Assembly (NCBI GenBank): GCA_034716895.1
Contig: JAYEKW010000062.1
Coordinates: forward strand, 17,885-81,884
Direction: 5' to 3'
Length of the DNA: 64,000 nt
From: Fidelibacterota bacterium
GTDB taxonomy: Bacteria; Fidelibacterota; UBA8477; JABMPR01
A program made the position numbers and the translations under genes. The notes under the pieces are model-generated. The model worked only from the letters and a program-made list of their open reading frames with translations, did no database searches and had not been told where the DNA came from. Below are positions 58,514 to 64,000 of this stretch, one piece after another. The first letter of the stretch is position 1. Every line of letters starts with the position of its first letter.

Positions 58514-58730
58514 GAGTCTCTCCCTAAGGGTTTGTTTTTCAGATCAAACGTATAATACTAAATTGGATTTCAAAAGTGCATCATAAAGTTAAAACATTTT
58601 TACTTCACCTAAGAAATGGGTAAAGTGCTTGAGCATAAATCAAGTTTGATGGGATTTATTCTGACTGGCCTATTCAATGCTTTGTTTGATATCCACGAAA
58701 CACCCCGGCTTGTCCTGACAGAGTAAGATA

Positions 58731-59966
58731 TCACTCAAAAGTTGAGGCCTTCACCAACAATTCCTCCCACTCACCTTGCCAGTCAGAATCAATAGTAATA
58801 CCGCCTCCACTTCCCAGGCTTAGCCTGGATCCTTGCTGGACCAACGTGCGGATCGCAATATTAAAGCTGAAATCACCATCCGGGTGAAAATACCCCATGG
58901 AACCAGTGTAGATCTCTCGTGGAGAATTCTCCAGCTCATCGATCACTTCTAAGGCACGCCGTTTGGGACACCCGGTAATTGAGCCACCGGGAAACATGGA
59001 CAATAAAGCCTCGATCGGCTGGAGTCCCGCGTTTAGTTTGCCGGAAATTCGTGAATAAGTGTGCCATACCCTGGGTAGTTTTCTCAGTTTCTTTATCGCC
59101 TCAAGCTTGATGCTGTTTATCTCGCAGACTTTCCCCAGGTCATTGCGCAATAGATCAGTAATCATGAATAGTTCTGCCTGTTCCTTTTCACTATTCAGCA
59201 ATTCAAGTCTAAGGATATTGTCCTCGGTCTCATCCTTGCCTCGGGGACGGGTGCCCTTGATTGGCTCAGTTGTCAGAATTCCATCAGCATAGTGTAAAAA
59301 CAATTCAGGTGAGAGTGAATGGATCGCCAAATTGTCCTGTTGAAAATAACAGGCATGTGCGGCGGGGTGATGTCTGATCATTTTCGAGTACAAAGCTCTA
59401 GAGGCAGTCTCGGTCTCAGCATGGAGCCGTTGGGTGTAATTGATCTGATAGAAATCCCCGGCTCGTATATAATTGTGGATGAGTCCAATATTCTGAGCGT
59501 ATTCGTTCTGCCTGACCGAGGACTCAAAGTGCAGGGGAAGATATTCACTCAGTGGATCTGGATCTTTATTAAGTAATTGTATAAGTGTTTCTTTAAAAAT
59601 GCTGTTTGAACCAATGATATTTACAGTTTCTGGCTCAATTTCCAACCAGTTCTCGAAGACATGAAAAATGGCCAGGGGCATTTGTCTTGAGTGTCTTGAA
59701 GGAAGTTGATGCAGGTTGAGTCCCAGATCATAGCTCAGATAACCGGCACACAATTTATCCCGATGCTCATGCAGAAATGATCGGAAGTCAGGCAGTTGTG
59801 TTATTTTTTCAAGGATGAATGTTTGGGATGGATTGAAAGCCATTAGCTGCCGCCAGGTACTCCTGTCATTACCATCGGTTCTAAATATTGCCTGTGTGTC
59901 CTGAGGTAGGCGTGACCACAGGTCGGCAAGTTGATCATGGGTCAGATAGCCTGTAATGTCGGTCAT
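58731..59966 (-). CDS. pabB: Aminodeoxychorismate/anthranilate synthase component I (chorismate-binding; size fits PabB)
   Basis: C-terminal chorismate-binding motifs (GGSITGCPKRRALEVIDELE, PREIYTGSMGY). 411 aa. A GATase gene lies immediately upstream. Confidence 0.75.
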   Translation of the reverse strand: MTDITGYLTHDQLADLWSRLPQDTQAIFRTDGNDRSTWRQLMAFNPSQTFILEKITQLPDFRSFLHEHRDKLCAGYLSYDLGLNLHQLPSRHSRQMPLAIFHVFENWLEIEPETVNIIGSNSIFKETLIQLLNKDPDPLSEYLPLHFESSVRQNEYAQNIGLIHNYIRAGDFYQINYTQRLHAETETASRALYSKMIRHHPAAHACYFQQDNLAIHSLSPELFLHYADGILTTEPIKGTRPRGKDETEDNILRLELLNSEKEQAELFMITDLLRNDLGKVCEINSIKLEAIKKLRKLPRVWHTYSRISGKLNAGLQPIEALLSMFPGGSITGCPKRRALEVIDELENSPREIYTGSMGYFHPDGDFSFNIAIRTLVQQGSRLSLGSGGGITIDSDWQGEWEELLVKASTFE

Positions 59967-59967
59967 T

Positions 59968-60528
59968 CTAAAGTACCAGGAAATTGCTGATTATCTGATC
60001 GCCGATAGGATCCATCAGGAAGGATTCCGGGTGAAATTGAAGACCAAAAAGGGGCAGAGATTGATGCTCCATGGACATGATATCGCCTGACTCATCCGTG
60101 GAAGTAATGGTGAACCCTTCTGGAACACCATCGATGGCCAATGAGTGATACCGGGCAGCTTGAAATGTTTCGGGAAGCCCCTTCAATAATCTGGAGCCGG
60201 TTTGAGTGACAGCTGTGGTTTTTCCAAAGATCAGTTTTTTGGCAGATGTGATGTGCTGACCAAATGCAAGCGCCAGACACTGATGACCCAGGCAGATTCC
60301 CAAAATGGGTGTTGATCGATGGAAAGATTGAATCACAGGGATACAAACACCAGAGTCCAGTGGTGTTCTGGGGCCAGGACTAATGACAATTTTATCCGGT
60401 TTAAGGGCTTGAATTTGCTCCAGGTCAAGCTCATTATTCTTGATGATCTCACTTTCACCACCCAATCGGGCTATCTGTTGATACAGGTTATAAGTAAAAG
60501 AGTCGTAGTTGTCGATAAGAAGTATTAT
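59968..60528 (-). CDS. pabA: Glutamine amidotransferase component II (PabA/TrpG); start codon is non-canonical or uncertain
   Basis: Has GICLGHQ and HPES. The conserved N-terminus IILLIDNYDSFTYNLYQQ lies upstream of any ATG/GTG/TTG in frame. The only ATG (60548) is in another frame and hits a stop after 7 codons. Confidence 0.7.
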   Translation of the reverse strand: MILLIDNYDSFTYNLYQQIARLGGESEIIKNNELDLEQIQALKPDKIVISPGPRTPLDSGVCIPVIQSFHRSTPILGICLGHQCLALAFGQHITSAKKLIFGKTTAVTQTGSRLLKGLPETFQAARYHSLAIDGVPEGFTITSTDESGDIMSMEHQSLPLFGLQFHPESFLMDPIGDQIISNFLVL

Positions 60529-60821
60529 TTGTGAATCCTAATTAGCATTACATAATAATTTTGGAATTTTTAGTTACCGATATCAAATTATTGGGAAAAT
60601 TAAGCAATTCACAAGCAATGTACGCCAACAGAACATGCCAGGGAACAATTAATAATACCAACCGTCAGGAAAGGACACATGAAACAAGTTTCAATCACTC
60701 AGCGCCACCAGCAAGGAGCCAATTGGTTGCTTGTCATCTATTTGGACTTCGGATTTCCTGAAAATGATCTGGCAAACCCAGACGATGGAAAACCAACCCT
60801 GATCTTTTCCCAGGGTTTGTA

Positions 60822-61454
60822 ATGCGGACACTCCCAACGTTGCTGATACTAATCTCTCTCACCGTCTCCGGGCAGGAGCTAACTCCCCTGGATTCTTTAT
60901 ACGCAGGTGATTCACTTGGTCTTGGAATGCAGATTATCCTCAAACCCATTCAATGGTGGCAGCATTTCAGTTACTCTCAGCCTGCTCTGAACTGTCAATT
61001 TGAAAGTTCCTGTTCCAATTTTATGGTTGAAGCGCTTCAACAGAAGGGTCTCATTTCCGGATTGATCGTTGGCACTGATCGGATCGTCCGTTGTAATCCT
61101 GCTGCTCGACATTACCATTTGCAACAACCCCATTCACAGATCAATTATGATGGTCGCTTATTAGATCCAGTTGATTGGACTGCAGTGGAAAAACCAGGTA
61201 AAAGCCCTGGGTTGGCCGTTGCTCTATCCATTGTTCCCGGGTTGGGCAGAACCTACGCAGGACATCCCATGGACGGATTTTTCAGTTTGCTTTTGGTGGG
61301 TGGATTCGCTTTTAATACCTATAACCAAAGTCTGGCCGAAAACCCAATCCGGACAGGACTTAACGCCGGGTTCATGACCCTGTTCTGGGTCGCTGATATC
61401 TATGGCGCTTACCGGACTGCCAAAATGGCACCGTCAGATAATTCCACACCTTGA
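60822..61454 (+). CDS. YidD-like (membrane protein insertion efficiency factor / haemolytic domain) protein with a hydrophobic C-terminal extension
   Basis: CQFESSCSNFMVEALQQKGLISGLIVGTDRIVRCNP fits the YidD C.F.PSCS.Y...R..RC.P pattern. Signal peptide at the N-terminus and ~100 extra C-terminal aa with hydrophobic segments. Confidence 0.55.
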   Translation: MRTLPTLLILISLTVSGQELTPLDSLYAGDSLGLGMQIILKPIQWWQHFSYSQPALNCQFESSCSNFMVEALQQKGLISGLIVGTDRIVRCNPAARHYHLQQPHSQINYDGRLLDPVDWTAVEKPGKSPGLAVALSIVPGLGRTYAGHPMDGFFSLLLVGGFAFNTYNQSLAENPIRTGLNAGFMTLFWVADIYGAYRTAKMAPSDNSTP

Positions 61455-61937
61455 TATTTCATTTGACTACAAATTATTGAAAAGAACAAACGCCCATTAA
61501 TCAAGGTCCTGATGTGTGAAAAGCTATTCTGAGTCCCAAGTTGGTATTCTATCAATTGGTCTTTAAAACACGCACTTTGCGTCTTCGAGAGAGTGTAACG
61601 AACGTGGCGATCTCCAAATATCAATTGCATTTCCAAAGTGCACGATAAATTCAAGGGATCACCCTACACTTTGCAAGTTACGGGAGACAAGGTTTTTCCA
61701 GCAACGAATAGAACACGCACTTCGAAGTGAAATTGGCATTGTCGTTCCCCTCAGTTTTATCCGCGAAAATCTGCGAATATCTACGGCTAAAATGAAAGGG
61801 CTTGAAACACCTGCAAAAATGGTTTGAAAAAATTTGCAGTATTGAATTGGCAGCCACTTTACAATAGATTAATCGTCTTAAACAAAGAATGAAATCCGGT
61901 CTCAAATTGGGTAGACCATAAGCTCGTTAGGGGAATT

Positions 61938-63200
61938 ATGAAAAAGATTAAATTTGCACTTCTTACCCTGATCATCCTGGCCTTGGCCGGTATTGTCATC
62001 ACTTGCAGCAGCAATCCGTACGTTCAAGAAATTCCGAAAGAACAGTACGTTGTGATGCTCTCCCTGGATGGGTGTCGTTGGGATTATCCCCAGATGGCCG
62101 ATATGCCCAATCTGGAATCCATTGCTCGCCGGGGTGTGAAATTGGAGTCGTTACAACCTTCCTTTCCCAGTAAAACCTTTCCCAATCACTATAGTATTGC
62201 CACAGGACTTTACCCGGATCATCATGGAATTGTCCAAAATTCATTCTATGACCCCAACATGGATGCGTACTATAAAATTCGAGATCGTGAAGCAGTAGAG
62301 AATGGTGATTTTTATGGTGGTGAGCCAATTTGGGTAACCGCCGAAATGCAAGGACTTAAAACAGCCTCTTTCTTCTGGGTGGGTAGCGAAGCACCGGTAA
62401 AAGGTGTTTATCCTTCTCGCTGGAAACGATACGATCACAATTTCCCATACGAAGCCAGGGTCGATAGTGTCATAGCCTGGCTGCAATTACCAAAATCCGA
62501 ACGACCCCGCCTGATTACCTGGTATTACCCAGAGCCAGATGGTGTCGGTCATCGCTATAGTCCGGAAAGTCAGGAAGTGATAGATCAGGTAGAGTACCTT
62601 GACAGTTTGATCGGTGATTTTCTCACAAAATTGGCAAAATTACCCATCGCCGATCAGGTCAATGTTATCGTGACTTCAGATCATGGCATGGCCCGCATTT
62701 CAGGTGATAAAGCCATTTATTTTGATGACTATCTCCAGACTACCTGGCTGGATACCTCATTAGGCTCAAATCCAGTGTGGATGTTTGATGCCAAAGAGGG
62801 TTTTGTTGACTCTGTTTATCTAAACCTTAAACGGGTTGACCATCTGCAAGTCTGGAAAAAAGACAGCATCCCTGAGAATCTCCATTACGGTTGTAATCCC
62901 CGAGTTATGGATATAGTCGCTACTCCGGATATCAACTGGAGTATTGGCTGGCGTAAGCGTGAATTACCGCCAGATTTTGTAGGTGGCACCCACGGTTATG
63001 ATCCCCATTATAAAGAAATGCATGCCATCTTTTATGCAGCTGGTCCGGCTTTTAAAACTGGCTTTGTGCATCCTCAGGTTGAAAATGTGAACATTTATCC
63101 GCTTATTGCCAAGATTCTTGATCTGAAACCAGCCAAGACTGATGGTAAGCTTGAGAATATAAGCCGAATACTGAAACCTAAACTGCTGCTGGATGACTAG
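61938..63200 (+). CDS. Ectonucleotide pyrophosphatase/phosphodiesterase (type I phosphodiesterase, alkaline-phosphatase superfamily) lipoprotein
   Basis: Lipobox (IVITCSS). VMLSLDGCRWDY...FPSKTFPNHYSIATGLYPDHHGIVQN...TSDHGM are NPP-family metal-site motifs. Confidence 0.85.
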   Translation: MKKIKFALLTLIILALAGIVITCSSNPYVQEIPKEQYVVMLSLDGCRWDYPQMADMPNLESIARRGVKLESLQPSFPSKTFPNHYSIATGLYPDHHGIVQNSFYDPNMDAYYKIRDREAVENGDFYGGEPIWVTAEMQGLKTASFFWVGSEAPVKGVYPSRWKRYDHNFPYEARVDSVIAWLQLPKSERPRLITWYYPEPDGVGHRYSPESQEVIDQVEYLDSLIGDFLTKLAKLPIADQVNVIVTSDHGMARISGDKAIYFDDYLQTTWLDTSLGSNPVWMFDAKEGFVDSVYLNLKRVDHLQVWKKDSIPENLHYGCNPRVMDIVATPDINWSIGWRKRELPPDFVGGTHGYDPHYKEMHAIFYAAGPAFKTGFVHPQVENVNIYPLIAKILDLKPAKTDGKLENISRILKPKLLLDD

Positions 63201-63304
63201 GTATGTTTGATCTGGTCTTCCCAGGTGGACTCTATTTTTTTGGGGGAGTGGTCGTGATCTTACTGACTGTTTATCGTTGGATAAATAAGGCGAACAAGTG
63301 AGGA

Positions 63305-64000
63305 TGAGAGCTTCAGGATCTGTTCAACGCATGTTGTTTCTCACAGCCCTCCTTGTGGGGCTCAACTCCTGCTATTTACCGGACATCCATTTACATGAAA
63401 CCCTCCGGCCTCTCCGCAAATTATTCAATCAGGAACGAAATTATTGGACGGATAGAATGGAGCTTAAAGGGGTAACGGGGATAGAACTGGTCTATTATAA
63501 AAATGGTCGACCTGCCCTCCAACGTTATTTCAATAAAGCCGGACTGTTGGAAACAGTGACCTATCTGGGCCGCAATGGTGCGCCGATCAGGCTGGACTCC
63601 CTGGCTTATTCAAAGGGTCAGCTGATCGCTGGTTATTATTACTCAGAACCGGGTCACAGTCTGAGCTTGCGTTTTCTGAACTACAAACAACAAGGTCAGC
63701 TTAGTCAACGATCCTGGTTCGGTAGTGCAGGAGAACTGCTAAGTCGTGAATTCTTTCTATTTGATCGCAATGGTCATCGTCGCACTCGCATGATCTTCGA
63801 TGAAAATGATGTACTGCTCTATTCTGAAACCTATAACCCCAAGCTTGATCAACTCGATGTTCAGAATACTTATGCGGACAATGGAGCCTTGGTGAGTCAG
63901 GTACGGTATGAACCGAATCAGTCAGCGTATCGCTATGATTTTGATGCTTTTGAAAGGGTGATCAAGATAACTGATCTGAATCATGCTGACATTCCGCTTT
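63305..64000 (+). CDS. Hypothetical lipoprotein (5' part; continues beyond the window end)
   Basis: MRASGSVQRMLFLTALLVGLNSC (lipobox). The frame is open to the end of the window. Confidence 0.5.

Overview
This is a bacterial chromosomal window of 64 kb, dense with genes, where strands switch repeatedly. By inference it comes from a Bacteroidota/Chlorobi/Ignavibacteria-type (FCB-group) organism adapted to salt: one protein ends in a T9SS-type C-terminal sorting domain, the fumarate reductase/succinate dehydrogenase has a single large cytochrome b anchor, and GxxExxY and four-helix-bundle minigenes are present. 

Housekeeping genes include:
- carB (5' part) and carA
- a tRNA-Thr(CGU)
- a CCA-adding enzyme
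- an archaeal-type proS
- sdhCAB
- pabAB

The most coherent functional theme is osmoadaptation:
- an MscS channel
- a bacterial SLC12 cation-chloride cotransporter homolog
- a TrkA-C protein
- a trehalose locus carrying two independent routes, TreT with a translationally coupled unknown partner plus OtsB and OtsA
- a sodium:solute symporter
- an ablB-ablA pair (beta-lysine acetyltransferase plus lysine 2,3-aminomutase) for N-epsilon-acetyl-beta-lysine

A TolC-MacA-MacB-type efflux operon has been invaded by two tiny selfish-looking cassettes. A four-helix-bundle gene (23S-IVS family) and a GxxExxY PD-(D/E)XK gene are each bracketed by perfect inverted repeats of 18 and 26 bp. Diverged solo copies of both repeat types flank a third gene about 5 kb away. 

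A MITE-like element with terminal inverted repeats occurs in at least three full copies and two partial copies, all intergenic, and one copy splits otsB from otsA. 

Other features are:
- an IS3-family transposase remnant
- an AT-rich, probably horizontally acquired block (patatin-like phospholipase, lipoprotein, Bax/FlgJ-type glucosaminidase, MarC)
- a gingipain-like C25 peptidase with a dockerin module
- a YtrA-type GntR-ABC operon
- several short palindromic motifs

All calls rest on reading the translated ORFs and the raw sequence by eye. No database search was run.
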